A stretch of DNA of 32,000 nucleotides, taken from positions 1,470,001-1,502,000 of the forward strand of contig NZ_AP028907.1 of the NCBI RefSeq assembly GCF_036323395.1. The letters are read 5' to 3'. The notes beneath the pieces are model-generated. The model was not told where the DNA came from and searched no databases. It worked only from the letters and a program-made list of their open reading frames with translations. The translations under genes and the position numbers were made by a program. Shown piece by piece: positions 15,888-25,204 of this stretch (positions are counted from its first letter, which is position 1; each line of letters opens with the position of its first letter). This stretch comes from Pyrodictium abyssi. GTDB taxonomy: Archaea > Thermoproteota > Thermoprotei_A > Sulfolobales > Pyrodictiaceae.

Positions 15888-16910
15888 AGACTTCACCTTA
15901 GCCCCCGCAGGGGCCTCGATGCTTACGAACTGTATCTCGGCACGTGTTGCGTCAGCTAGTCTCAGCAGCTCGTCTACCCTCTTTCTAACCTCCGGGTCCG
16001 GATGGTGTAGCAGCTCGTCCAGCACTAGTAGCTTCTCTACGGCACCCATCCTAGCAGCCTCCATGACCATGTCTATCGTATAGGCTACTCTGCAGGGCTC
16101 TCTTGCTAGTAGCTTCTCGAACTCCTCGATGAATTTCTCAGCCCTAATGGAGGCGGCTTCTCTGAGAGCGTTTCTCATAACACCACGTCTAACCTCCTCA
16201 AGCACACCAGCGTGGCCGCCCATCGAGACGTGGTCTACGTAGAGCCTTACTTCCCTGGGCAGCAGGGGGCGAAGCCGTTCAGCGAGCGCGTCTTTCAGTG
16301 TTCCAGGTCCAGCAACGACAACTAGCAGCGGCTCCTCGCGCTCAACTATCCCGGCAGTAGTCTTGGCTATCACTGTAAGAGCTTCTCTCATCTTTTCCTC
16401 TCGTGAAGGATCGTCTTTGCCGGGGAGATGGAGCCCGCCCTCCGCTAGAACCCGGACACCCTGGCCACGCGCTATAGCTACCGCATACTCATCGTAGTCT
16501 ACAGCTACTATAACGGCAGCTGGCTGCAGACTACTAGATTCGAGCTTCTCTAGGAGGGCGCGTGGCCATCCACGCGGCTTCATTATCTCTAGCTCTCTGC
16601 CCAAGTCGATGTTTATTGTGTGGTATTTGCCGAGCACACCATACTTTTCAGGACCCTCGATCACAAGGCCGCGTATCCTTAGCCTTGTGGTGAACGCCTG
16701 GAACTCTGTCTTCTCGACCCTAATGGTGAGCGTCATTGGTACACGGCTGCTACGCCCCGAGCCACGTTCACCGAAATGTACTTCTCTCACGGTACGTGCC
16801 CTGACGAGGTCGCCGGGCTGGATAACCGTGTACAGCGTCCATATATCGTCGGTAGTCTCTGGTACAACCTTTACAACGCCTCGCTTAAGATCCTTAAACA
16901 CAATCTTCAT
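15825..16910 (-). CDS. pelA: Pelota (Dom34) mRNA-surveillance / ribosome-rescue factor
   Basis: 361 aa. The start MKIVFKDLKRGVVKVVPETTDDIWTLY... and the eRF1-like central and C-terminal domains (...GGVIAILRY) are characteristic of pelota. Confidence 0.92.
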   Translation of the reverse strand: MKIVFKDLKRGVVKVVPETTDDIWTLYTVIQPGDLVRARTVREVHFGERGSGRSSRVPMTLTIRVEKTEFQAFTTRLRIRGLVIEGPEKYGVLGKYHTINIDLGRELEIMKPRGWPRALLEKLESSSLQPAAVIVAVDYDEYAVAIARGQGVRVLAEGGLHLPGKDDPSREEKMREALTVIAKTTAGIVEREEPLLVVVAGPGTLKDALAERLRPLLPREVRLYVDHVSMGGHAGVLEEVRRGVMRNALREAASIRAEKFIEEFEKLLAREPCRVAYTIDMVMEAARMGAVEKLLVLDELLHHPDPEVRKRVDELLRLADATRAEIQFVSIEAPAGAKVKSLGGVIAILRYALQLQGKACS

Positions 16911-16948
16911 TTCCTGGCCATCCCTCCCCAGTGTGTGGGCTATGCTGG

Positions 16949-17431
16949 ATGCAGTGCTGTAAAACGGTTAGAGCAGCAGAGCCCAGTGACCTAGACGAAG
17001 TATTCGGTATAGAAGTAGAGTCGTTTGATGAGCCGTATCCTAGGTGGTACTTCGACCTACTCTACGGGCTGAGCGGAGGAGAATACTTCCTTGTATCAGA
17101 GAGCGCTGACGGCAGGATAACCGGGTATATCGTAGGGATACCATTATCGGGGAATGTATGCCACATAGCGTCGATGGCTGTTTCAAGGGAATGCCGTAGG
17201 AAGAAAGTTGGGACAGTGCTTCTACAAAGCTTTATGGAGCTATGCAGCTCTAACGGCTATAGCTCGTTCGTACTGGAAGTCAATACATATAACTATCCAG
17301 CCCAGAGCCTGTATATATCAAACATGTTTAGACCGATGATGTTTGTGCCAAACTACTACGGCCAAGGGAAGCACGCCCTAGTGATGGCGCTAGTTGGCGA
17401 GCAGCCTTGCTGCCTGCAGCCTAGCGACTAA
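16949..17431 (+). CDS. rimI: GNAT N-acetyltransferase (RimI / archaeal Ard1-like)
   Basis: It has a GNAT core (VAVSRECRRKKVGTVLLQSF, Q/RxxGxG/A-like acetyl-CoA motif). I prefer the ATG at 16949, because the track start at 16931 lies only 20 nt from the divergent pelota start. Confidence 0.78.
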   Translation: MQCCKTVRAAEPSDLDEVFGIEVESFDEPYPRWYFDLLYGLSGGEYFLVSESADGRITGYIVGIPLSGNVCHIASMAVSRECRRKKVGTVLLQSFMELCSSNGYSSFVLEVNTYNYPAQSLYISNMFRPMMFVPNYYGQGKHALVMALVGEQPCCLQPSD

Positions 17432-17519
17432 ATAGGGCAAGGCGTTACGTAGACTCTACGCTAAGATGGTTACACATTATGTGGAGGCCCGGCTCTATAG
17501 TACTGGGTAGGGCTAGCCT

Positions 17520-19931
17520 ATGCCAGAAGCTATAGAGTTCGTGCTCCTTGATTCAAGCTACGAGATTGTAGGGAAAGAGCCGGTAATCATACTATGGGGT
17601 GTAACGCTAGACGGTAAACGCATAGTCCTACTTGATAGGAGGTTTAGGCCCTACTTCTATGCACTCATATCCCGCGACTACGAAGGTAAGGCCGAGGAGG
17701 TAGTAGCTGCTATTAGAAGGCTAAGTATGGCAAAGAGCCCCATAATAGAAGCAAAGGTGGTTAGTAAGAAGTACTTCGGAAGGCCCCGTAAAGCAGTCAA
17801 AGTAACGACAGTTATACCCGAATCTGTCAGAGAATATAGAGAGGCTGTAAAAAAGCTGGAAGGCGTGGAAGACTCTCTAGAAGCAGACATAAGGTTCGCG
17901 ATGAGGTATCTAATCGACAAGAAGCTCTACCCGTTCACAGCATACCGTGTCAGAGCCGAGAACGCTGGACGCAGCCCTGGTTTCCGTGTAGACTCGGTAT
18001 ACACTATAGTTGAGGACCCAGAGCCTATTGCCGACATAACTAGTATAGATATACCAGAGATGCGTGTGCTCGCGTTCGACATAGAGGTCTACAGTAAGAG
18101 AGGAAGCCCTAACCCGTCCCGCGACCCGGTCATAATAATCTCGATAAAGGACAGCAAGGGGAACGAGAAGCTACTAGAAGCCAATAACTACGACGACAGA
18201 AACGTGCTACGGGAATTTATAGAGTACATACGCTCCTTTGACCCAGACATAATAGTAGGCTACAATAGCAACAATTTTGACTGGCCATACCTTATAGAAC
18301 GTGCACACAGAATAGGAGTAAAGCTCGACGTGACAAGGCGTGTTGGCGCAGAGCCAAGTATGAGCGTCTATGGACATGTCTCAGTGCAGGGTAGGCTAAA
18401 CGTAGACCTCTACAACTACGTGGAGGAAATGCATGAGATAAAGGTAAAGACGCTCGAGGAGGTCGCCGAATACCTAGGCGTTATGCGCAAGAGCGAGCGC
18501 GTACTAATAGAATGGTGGCGGATCCCAGATTACTGGGACGACGAGAAGAAACGGCCGCTACTGAAGCGTTATGCCCTCGACGATGTGAGAGCCACCTACG
18601 GCCTCGCCGAGAAGATACTCCCATTCGCAATACAGCTTTCGACAGTAACCGGTGTTCCTTTAGACCAAGTCGGGGCTATGGGCGTAGGTTTCCGTCTAGA
18701 ATGGTACCTTATGAGAGCAGCGCATGATATGAACGAGCTTGTCCCCAACCGTGTCAAGCGGCGCGAAGAGAGCTACAAGGGAGCAGTAGTACTAAAGCCC
18801 CTAAAGGGTGTCCATGAGAACGTAGTAGTGCTCGACTTTAGCTCAATGTACCCCAACATAATGATAAAGTACAATGTGGGCCCTGACACGATAATTGACG
18901 ACCCCTCAGAGTGCGAGAAGTACAGTGGATGCTACGTAGCCCCCGAAGTCGGGCACATGTTTAGGCGCTCGCCCTCCGGCTTCTTTAAGACCGTGCTTGA
19001 GAACCTCATAGCGCTGCGTAAGCAAGTACGTGAAAAGATGAAGGAGTTCCCCCCAGATAGCCCAGAATACCGGATATACGATGAACGCCAGAAGGCACTC
19101 AAGGTGCTAGCCAACGCTAGCTACGGCTACATGGGATGGGTGCACGCTCGCTGGTACTGTAAACGCTGCGCAGAGGCTGTAACAGCCTGGGGCCGTAACC
19201 TGATACTCTCAGCAATAGAATATGCTAGGAAGCTCGGCCTCAAAGTAATATACGGAGACACGGACTCCCTATTCGTAACCTATGATATCGAGAAGGTAAA
19301 GAAGCTAATAGAATTCGTCGAGAAACAGCTAGGCTTCGAGATAAAGATAGACAAGGTATACAAAAGAGTGTTCTTTACCGAGGCAAAGAAGCGCTACGTG
19401 GGCCTCCTCGAGGACGGGCGTATGGACATAGTAGGCTTTGAGGCTGTTAGAGGCGACTGGTGTGAGCTAGCTAAAGAGGTGCAAGAGAAAGTAGCAGAGA
19501 TAATACTGAAGACGGGAGACATAAATAGAGCCATAAGCTACATAAGAGAGGTCGTGAGAAAGCTAAGAGAAGGCAAGATACCCATAACAAAGCTCGTAAT
19601 ATGGAAGACCTTGACAAAGAGAATCGAGGAATACGAGCACGAGGCGCCGCACGTTACTGCAGCACGGCGTATGAAAGAAGCAGGCTACGATGTGGCACCG
19701 GGAGACAAGATAGGCTACATCATAGTTAAAGGACATGGCAGTATATCGAGTCGTGCCTACCCGTACTTTATGGTAGACTCGTCTAAGGTTGACACAGAGT
19801 ACTACATAGACCACCAGATAGTACCAGCAGCAATGAGGATACTCTCATACTTCGGGGTCACAGAGAAGCAGCTTAAGGCAGCATCATCTGGGCATAGGAG
19901 TCTCTTCGACTTCTTCGCGGCAAAGAAGTAG
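17520..19931 (+). CDS. polB: Family B DNA polymerase (euryarchaeal-PolB / crenarchaeal PolB3-like)
   Basis: 803 aa. It has the Exo I motif FDIEV, Exo II NSNNFDWPYL, Pol motifs DFSSMYPNI and KVLANASYGY, and YGDTDS. The C-terminal SLFDFFAAKK is a PIP-box-like tail. No intein is present. Confidence 0.95.
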   Translation: MPEAIEFVLLDSSYEIVGKEPVIILWGVTLDGKRIVLLDRRFRPYFYALISRDYEGKAEEVVAAIRRLSMAKSPIIEAKVVSKKYFGRPRKAVKVTTVIPESVREYREAVKKLEGVEDSLEADIRFAMRYLIDKKLYPFTAYRVRAENAGRSPGFRVDSVYTIVEDPEPIADITSIDIPEMRVLAFDIEVYSKRGSPNPSRDPVIIISIKDSKGNEKLLEANNYDDRNVLREFIEYIRSFDPDIIVGYNSNNFDWPYLIERAHRIGVKLDVTRRVGAEPSMSVYGHVSVQGRLNVDLYNYVEEMHEIKVKTLEEVAEYLGVMRKSERVLIEWWRIPDYWDDEKKRPLLKRYALDDVRATYGLAEKILPFAIQLSTVTGVPLDQVGAMGVGFRLEWYLMRAAHDMNELVPNRVKRREESYKGAVVLKPLKGVHENVVVLDFSSMYPNIMIKYNVGPDTIIDDPSECEKYSGCYVAPEVGHMFRRSPSGFFKTVLENLIALRKQVREKMKEFPPDSPEYRIYDERQKALKVLANASYGYMGWVHARWYCKRCAEAVTAWGRNLILSAIEYARKLGLKVIYGDTDSLFVTYDIEKVKKLIEFVEKQLGFEIKIDKVYKRVFFTEAKKRYVGLLEDGRMDIVGFEAVRGDWCELAKEVQEKVAEIILKTGDINRAISYIREVVRKLREGKIPITKLVIWKTLTKRIEEYEHEAPHVTAARRMKEAGYDVAPGDKIGYIIVKGHGSISSRAYPYFMVDSSKVDTEYYIDHQIVPAAMRILSYFGVTEKQLKAASSGHRSLFDFFAAKK

Positions 19932-20038
19932 CCCCGGCTCTCCAAACTATCTTTATAACAGCGTACACATAGCTGTGCCCCGTGTGGGAATAGAGCCTAG
20001 CAGGTGTATACAGCGAGCTGCAGCTGGGGTGCAAAGGG

Positions 20039-20878
20039 ATGATACTAGCATCATGGAGGTCGCTAGCATGGATAATAAGGCGCGCCGATGTGGTACTGGA
20101 GGTTGTTGATGCGCGCGACCCTATATCCACGCGAAGTCGGCGCCTAGAACGAATGGTCACAAGCCTCCAGAAGAAGCTCATAATAGTTATCAACAAGACG
20201 GATCTGATACCCCGCGAGGTCGCCGAGAAATGGAAGAGAATATTCGAGGATCAAGGATACAGGACAGTCTACATGGCTGCAAGGGACCATAAGGGCACGA
20301 GGGTGCTGCGCAGAGCTATAAGAGACGTTGTAGAGACGTACCCGGCAATAGTAGCGGTTACCGGTTTCCCTAAGACGGGCAAGTCGACCATAATAAACGC
20401 GCTTAAGGGGCGCCACAGTGCATCTACAAGCCCTATACCGGGCAGTCCTGGCTATACCACTCATGCACAGCTATACCGTATCGGTGAAAATCTCTACATG
20501 ATTGACACGCCTGGCGTTATACCTGTCGAGGGTGGGCCTCTAGAGGCAGTTCTCCGGGGCCGTCCCCCAGAACAGCTACGTGACCCAGTACGCCCGGCTG
20601 TTATGCTGCTTGAGAGGGCATTGAAGTATAATCCTAGGGCGGTTAAGGATGCCTACGGGATAGACGAGACGGATCCATATAAGATACTCGAACTCATAGC
20701 AATTAAGCGTGGCTGGAAGTATAAGAGCGACGGTGAACCACTCATAGAGGAGGCGGCTAGAACAGTCATACGCGACTACCATACAGGAAAGCTACTCTTC
20801 TATGTGCCACCGGAAGAATACATGCTAAGACGAGGCCAGCACAGCGCGCGCAGGACCCGGAGCAGTATAGCATTCTAA
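20039..20878 (+). CDS. Circularly permuted GTPase (YlqF/RbgA/YawG-type ribosome-biogenesis GTPase)
   Basis: 279 aa. The motif order is G4 (NKTD), then G1 (GFPKTGKST), then G3 (DTPG). This permutation is diagnostic for the family. Confidence 0.8.
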   Translation: MILASWRSLAWIIRRADVVLEVVDARDPISTRSRRLERMVTSLQKKLIIVINKTDLIPREVAEKWKRIFEDQGYRTVYMAARDHKGTRVLRRAIRDVVETYPAIVAVTGFPKTGKSTIINALKGRHSASTSPIPGSPGYTTHAQLYRIGENLYMIDTPGVIPVEGGPLEAVLRGRPPEQLRDPVRPAVMLLERALKYNPRAVKDAYGIDETDPYKILELIAIKRGWKYKSDGEPLIEEAARTVIRDYHTGKLLFYVPPEEYMLRRGQHSARRTRSSIAF

Positions 20879-21060
20879 TGCGGCTATCCTAGGGTTACCG
20901 CAGGCCCTGGCTGCATGTAGGCTGCAGAGCCCCCTTGTACTATGCTTTAAGAACTCCAGGCAATGGGGCGCCCCTGCACCTCCCTTTTGAAGACGCGCAC
21001 GGGATGGTGGTCTCACCCTATTAGTAGCCCTGTCCCGCTTTGTTTTCGGGGAATAGCGGT

Positions 21061-21597
21061 ATGGAGATGTATGCGCTGGTTACAGGGAGGCCGGGAGTAG
21101 GTAAGACTACACTTGTACGCAGAGTCGTAGAGAAGCTCAGGAAAGAAGGCTATACGATGGCTGGCTTCTTCTGCCCTGAAGTACGCCAGAGCGGCCGTCG
21201 TATAGGCTTTAGGATAACTAGTCTTGACGGCAGCCTGGAGGCGTGGCTCGCCAAGATAGAGGGTTGTAATGGGCCGCGAGTAGGCCGCTATAACACGTGC
21301 CAAGAGGCTGAAGAGGTAGCACGTAGAGCCGTCGAGCATATCGACGACGTTGATCTGATAGTAATAGATGAGATAGGGCCAATGGAGCTCCGGCTTAGAG
21401 GTATACGTGAAGTCATACTGCGTGTACTCCGCTCCGGGAAACCAGGCCTCTTCGTAGTCCATGAGAGGCTGTCCGACAGAGAGATACTACCAATTCTGCA
21501 ACGGCGTGGTAGATGGTATAGAGTGACTGTGGAGAACCGAGACCGTCTAGTAGACGATGTATATAGTTTTGTCAAGTCTCTTGTCAAGCGTTACTAG
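21061..21597 (+). CDS. THEP1-family nucleoside triphosphatase
   Basis: It has Walker A GRPGVGKTT, then GFFCPEVR..GRRIGFRI, and Walker B LIVIDEIGPME. The ATG at 21061 or 21067 fits a TATA-like CTATTAG at 21018-21024 better than the TTG at 21040. Confidence 0.85.
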   Translation: MEMYALVTGRPGVGKTTLVRRVVEKLRKEGYTMAGFFCPEVRQSGRRIGFRITSLDGSLEAWLAKIEGCNGPRVGRYNTCQEAEEVARRAVEHIDDVDLIVIDEIGPMELRLRGIREVILRVLRSGKPGLFVVHERLSDREILPILQRRGRWYRVTVENRDRLVDDVYSFVKSLVKRY

Positions 21598-21685
21598 CTC
21601 CTCTCTTTGCTGCCGAAATCTAGGGCTTGCGAGCCATTAGCAGCCAGTAAATAGGCGCTAGACTCTACTCTACTAGCCGTGCGGC

Positions 21686-21777
21686 GGAGAGGGCGGGATG
21701 CCCGCGCGTTCCAGCGCTGAAGCCGCCCGGGGGCAGTGATGTAGCTACAGAACTTCCGCCCCCGGGTACCGCCCTCC
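21686..21777. repeat. GC-rich nested inverted repeats (candidate structured RNA)
   Basis: The outer stem is GGA(ga)GGGCGG (21686-21696) with CCGCCCTCC (21769-21777). The inner perfect 9-bp stem is CCCGGGGGC (21726-21734) with GCCCCCGGG (21758-21766), closing a 23-nt loop AGTGATGTAGCTACAGAACTTCC. It sits in a 232-nt spacer with no credible ORF. Confidence 0.6.
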
Positions 21778-21829
21778 TAACTGCATATAATGCTTAAACG
21801 GTCCGAACCTCTGCACGGCTGGCTGGGGT

Positions 21830-22120
21830 GTGGCTGGAGTGAGCGAGAAGTGCCGCGAGTACATAATACCGGTTGGCGAGAAACAGATATTCATAACGCC
21901 ACAAGTGCTCGAGGTCATTCACGAGTACCTGCACCGCCCGATGGGCCTAGAGGAGCTAGCGCGCAAGCTCGGTCTCGAAAGCTGGGAAGAGGCTTACGAG
22001 TTCATAAAGCGTGTACCAGCGTGGATAATGTGGATGCCAATAAACATGTGGCGGATGAGGCTTGAGAAGGAGGGCTGTCTAGAGCTTTTCGAGACCAGCG
22101 AGTCAGCGGCCGAGGCCTAG
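21830..22120 (+). CDS. Small hypothetical protein (96 aa)
   Basis: GTG start at 21830, with a second GTG at 21839. The composition is balanced and helical (LEELARKLGLESWEEAYEFIKRVPAW). A TATA-like CATATAAT lies at 21784-21791. The overlapping 91-aa frame (21790..22065) is R/G-rich and looks non-coding. Confidence 0.5.
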   Translation: MAGVSEKCREYIIPVGEKQIFITPQVLEVIHEYLHRPMGLEELARKLGLESWEEAYEFIKRVPAWIMWMPINMWRMRLEKEGCLELFETSESAAEA

Positions 22121-22364
22121 CAGATGACCCTATACACCAAATCCTCACTAGATGCTGCTACTCATGTTTATTAAGATACTTGGCTGCATACTGGGCTCGG
22201 CGTCTACCGGGTTTAATCATAACTCGGAATCCTTAGCCCAAATGCAGTAAAAGCTGTTTGATATGCTTTGTGTTCTAGCGGTTGTGCCGCGTCTTTGGCT
22301 CATGTCGGGATAGTGGCTGTATGGAATCCAGATAAGGTGGGAAAGAGCAGAATACGATAAGGGT

Positions 22365-24464
22365 CTACCTTACTATAGCGTAGCAGCCGAGGCTCTTCTC
22401 GTATATTATGCCGTCACGGCGGAAGCTGCGTATAGCCTCCTCGACGAGACTCGACTCGATGCCTTCACTGGCGGCCCTTCTCTGTATCTCTTTTAGTCTT
22501 GCACAGCCTTCTTCACTCTCGCTCTCTAGCTCCTCTATTATCTCCATTATTCTTGTGAGCTTCTCTTGTTTGCTGCGAGGCTTGCCTGTCATTATAACGT
22601 CGATGTCTATCCTTCCGCTCTCAATGTCCATGCCACTGCTCTCAAGGAACGTCTTCATGAGTCTTATTGCGGCCTCTGCGTCCTCCCTTGTAACTTCATT
22701 GCGGAGCGCCATCTTCGCGTGGGCTTCGGCTAGGCGTATTAGGGCTTCGAGCTGTCGTGCAGTTATCGCTATGGGGCCTTCGGGGTTCTCGCTGCTCATG
22801 CGCCTCATCTCTACGTAGAAGTCTTCTATGAGCTTGCTAGCCTCCGCGGTAAGCCTGGGTCTTATGTATCTACGCGCATAGCTTATGTATTTCTTGAGCA
22901 GCGCCGGGTCTATCTCGGGCTTGATCCGCTCCGTTTCCCGGTGAACCTCTAGTACGTGTCTTGCGAGTTTACGGTCCTCCTCTGGGTTGGGCCGGTCCTT
23001 TAGTATGAATATAAGGTCGAAACGCGACAGGATGGTGACTGGCAGGTTTATGTTGTCTGCGAGCGTGCGGTTCGTGAGGTAACGGCCAAACTTAGGGTTC
23101 CCTGCAGCTATCACGGTGGTTCTGGCGTTTAGCTTAGCTACGATACCCGCTTTTGCTATGCTCACGGTCTGCTGCTCCATGGCCTCGTGTATGGCTACGC
23201 GGTCTTCGTCACGCATCTTGTCTATCTCGTCGATGGCTGCTACGCCGCCGTCTGCTAGAACGAGTGCGCCGGCTTCTAGGTAGTATTCGCCAGTAGTCTT
23301 GTCGCGTATGACGGCAGCGGTTAGACCAGCTGCGGTTGCGCCCTTACCAGTGGTGTATATGCCCCTTGGGGCTATCCTCGCAGCGTACTGGAGGAGCTGG
23401 CTCTTAGCAGTACCCGGGTCGCCGACTATGAGTACGTGTATATCGCCGCGGATGCGTACACCGTCCTCTGTTATCTTTGGTACGCCTCCGAAGAGAGCCA
23501 GGGCTATGGCTTCCTTTATCTCCCAGTGGCCGTAGATCGCTGGCGCAATACTGGCTATTATTCGTTTACGCACCCAAGGATCTCTAGCAAGGGCGCGTAT
23601 TCTCTCCTCGTCCTCCCTAGTTATGACTACCTCTTCGAGTATCTTCTGCGAAACCTCTATGTGGTTAGCCTCTATGTATAGGTCGAATACGGCCCGTTTC
23701 TTCGATACCGAGTCGGGCCGTACCCGCACTATGCCGACAACGCTAATTCTATCACCGGGTCTAGCACTATCTACAAGTTCGTCTTGCAGCACCACCTCTA
23801 TGCTTCGGGGTAGCTGTCCTGGGGGCACTTCTTCGGGCCTCTCCTGGAGTACTATGCGCTGCCAGTCTATCAGTTTCGACTCCTCTGGGAGGAGCCTAAA
23901 CGTGCCACCGGACGAGCCGCAGATCGGGCACGCTGGCGGCCGTTCTAGTATATCGCCTATGAGCTCTCCTTCTGGCGGCCAGTCGAATCTATGGCAGCCT
24001 TGCTCACGTGTACAGTGCATGAATCTTGCCTTGACTATCTTCTCCTTCACCGGTGTGGTCCTAACTAGGATGCCCTCGAGCATCACCAGCTTTCCTAGGT
24101 ATTCGCTCTTAAGCCTTCGAAGCGGCACAACCCGTGGTAACGCGCGTACACGGACGTAGAACCGGTCTATGGTTTCAGCGTAGTCTGGCGCCTCAGTCAT
24201 AACGACTTCTTTGACTACTTCGCTTGCTTGTTGGAGTACTTCGTCCGGCCTTTCTATGAGTAGTCTAGCCAGCCGATTGTCGAACAAGTAGAGGTCGTTG
24301 TAGTCCACTATTAGGCTCTTTTGCCCCATAGTTATCATCTGCTTTATACGCTCGCGGTACTTGTAGGAGTCACTACGGTCACGGAAGCTTCGGATGAACT
24401 CGTAGAACCTTTCGTGAACATCTATTACCTGCTCGTGCTCTACACCAGTCGTCAGTGCAGCCAT
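22365..24464 (-). CDS. mcm: MCM replicative helicase
   Basis: It has a zinc motif (CHRFDW...CPICG), Walker A GDPGTAKSQLL, Walker B AAIDEIDKM, the arginine-finger region SRFDLIF and a C-terminal winged helix. I prefer the ATG at 24464; the track's TTG at 24500 is the alternative. No intein is present. Confidence 0.95.
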   Translation of the reverse strand: MAALTTGVEHEQVIDVHERFYEFIRSFRDRSDSYKYRERIKQMITMGQKSLIVDYNDLYLFDNRLARLLIERPDEVLQQASEVVKEVVMTEAPDYAETIDRFYVRVRALPRVVPLRRLKSEYLGKLVMLEGILVRTTPVKEKIVKARFMHCTREQGCHRFDWPPEGELIGDILERPPACPICGSSGGTFRLLPEESKLIDWQRIVLQERPEEVPPGQLPRSIEVVLQDELVDSARPGDRISVVGIVRVRPDSVSKKRAVFDLYIEANHIEVSQKILEEVVITREDEERIRALARDPWVRKRIIASIAPAIYGHWEIKEAIALALFGGVPKITEDGVRIRGDIHVLIVGDPGTAKSQLLQYAARIAPRGIYTTGKGATAAGLTAAVIRDKTTGEYYLEAGALVLADGGVAAIDEIDKMRDEDRVAIHEAMEQQTVSIAKAGIVAKLNARTTVIAAGNPKFGRYLTNRTLADNINLPVTILSRFDLIFILKDRPNPEEDRKLARHVLEVHRETERIKPEIDPALLKKYISYARRYIRPRLTAEASKLIEDFYVEMRRMSSENPEGPIAITARQLEALIRLAEAHAKMALRNEVTREDAEAAIRLMKTFLESSGMDIESGRIDIDVIMTGKPRSKQEKLTRIMEIIEELESESEEGCARLKEIQRRAASEGIESSLVEEAIRSFRRDGIIYEKSLGCYAIVR

Positions 24465-24548
24465 GGCTATACTGTACCCCGTCCCTAGTCCTGGACCCAA
24501 ATTAGCCGGCTACTCCACCCCCTTAACCCTTCCCGTACATGAGGCGTG

Positions 24549-25127
24549 CTAGTGCTGCGGAGGGAGTAGGCTACGCTTCCACAGGTCTATCGTCTTGTAG
24601 AGGGTATCGAGTAGCGCAGACTCTTCTGGAGCTAGTTTGGAAGATAACTCAGCCATGGTTGTTGGGCTCCGCAAGCTCTGAAGTATTACGAGTAAACGCT
24701 TATCTATTATCTCCATGAGGTATTGCAAAGCCTTCTGCTTCTCCTCAAGCAGTATAGGGTTTAGCTCGCGCCTTATCCTATCCTCGAGGCTCTTTATGAA
24801 CTCCTTTGCATTCTGGTAGAAGTTCTGGGGGAGAGGCTCCAGCTCGGCGGGCGTCCTAGCACTCAAGGCAGAAAAATGGACACGCGCTATATCCTCTATG
24901 CTTATGGGCGATTCCACCATATTGGCTATGCCTTCGCTTATCAATGTCTGAGCGAGCCAGTATGGAACCTCTATCTCTATACCCTTTTGCAGCTCGATGC
25001 GTTGTCCATCCAGTGTAAGTGGCCTCTCGTCGCGGATTATCATAATGCGCACTGGTCGGAGCTTGTACTCTATTTCGGCCATCCTGAGTAGCAGTTCGAG
25101 CCTATTTCCAGGCAATGAGGAGCCCAT
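24549..25127 (-). CDS. gins23: GINS subunit (Gins23-type, assigned mainly by synteny)
   Basis: 192 aa. It lies 48-84 nt upstream of and co-directional with mcm, the arrangement known from Sulfolobus. IEVPYWLAQTLISEGIA and the helical C-terminal half resemble GINS domains. Confidence 0.6.
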   Translation of the reverse strand: MGSSLPGNRLELLLRMAEIEYKLRPVRIMIIRDERPLTLDGQRIELQKGIEIEVPYWLAQTLISEGIANMVESPISIEDIARVHFSALSARTPAELEPLPQNFYQNAKEFIKSLEDRIRRELNPILLEEKQKALQYLMEIIDKRLLVILQSLRSPTTMAELSSKLAPEESALLDTLYKTIDLWKRSLLPPQH

Positions 25128-25149
25128 GCATTAATTGGCGTAACTGCTC

Positions 25150-25157
25150 TAATATAG
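25150..25157 (-). promoter_or_regulatory. TATA box at leaderless spacing for gins-mcm
   Basis: The minus strand reads CTATATTA followed by 22 nt and then the ATG at 25127. This is the classical archaeal TATA-to-start-site spacing and implies a leaderless transcript. Confidence 0.4.
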
Positions 25158-25204
25158 GCGTTAACTGGGTAGAGCCACTGTACGGGAGGATGGAGGATTA
25201 GGCC

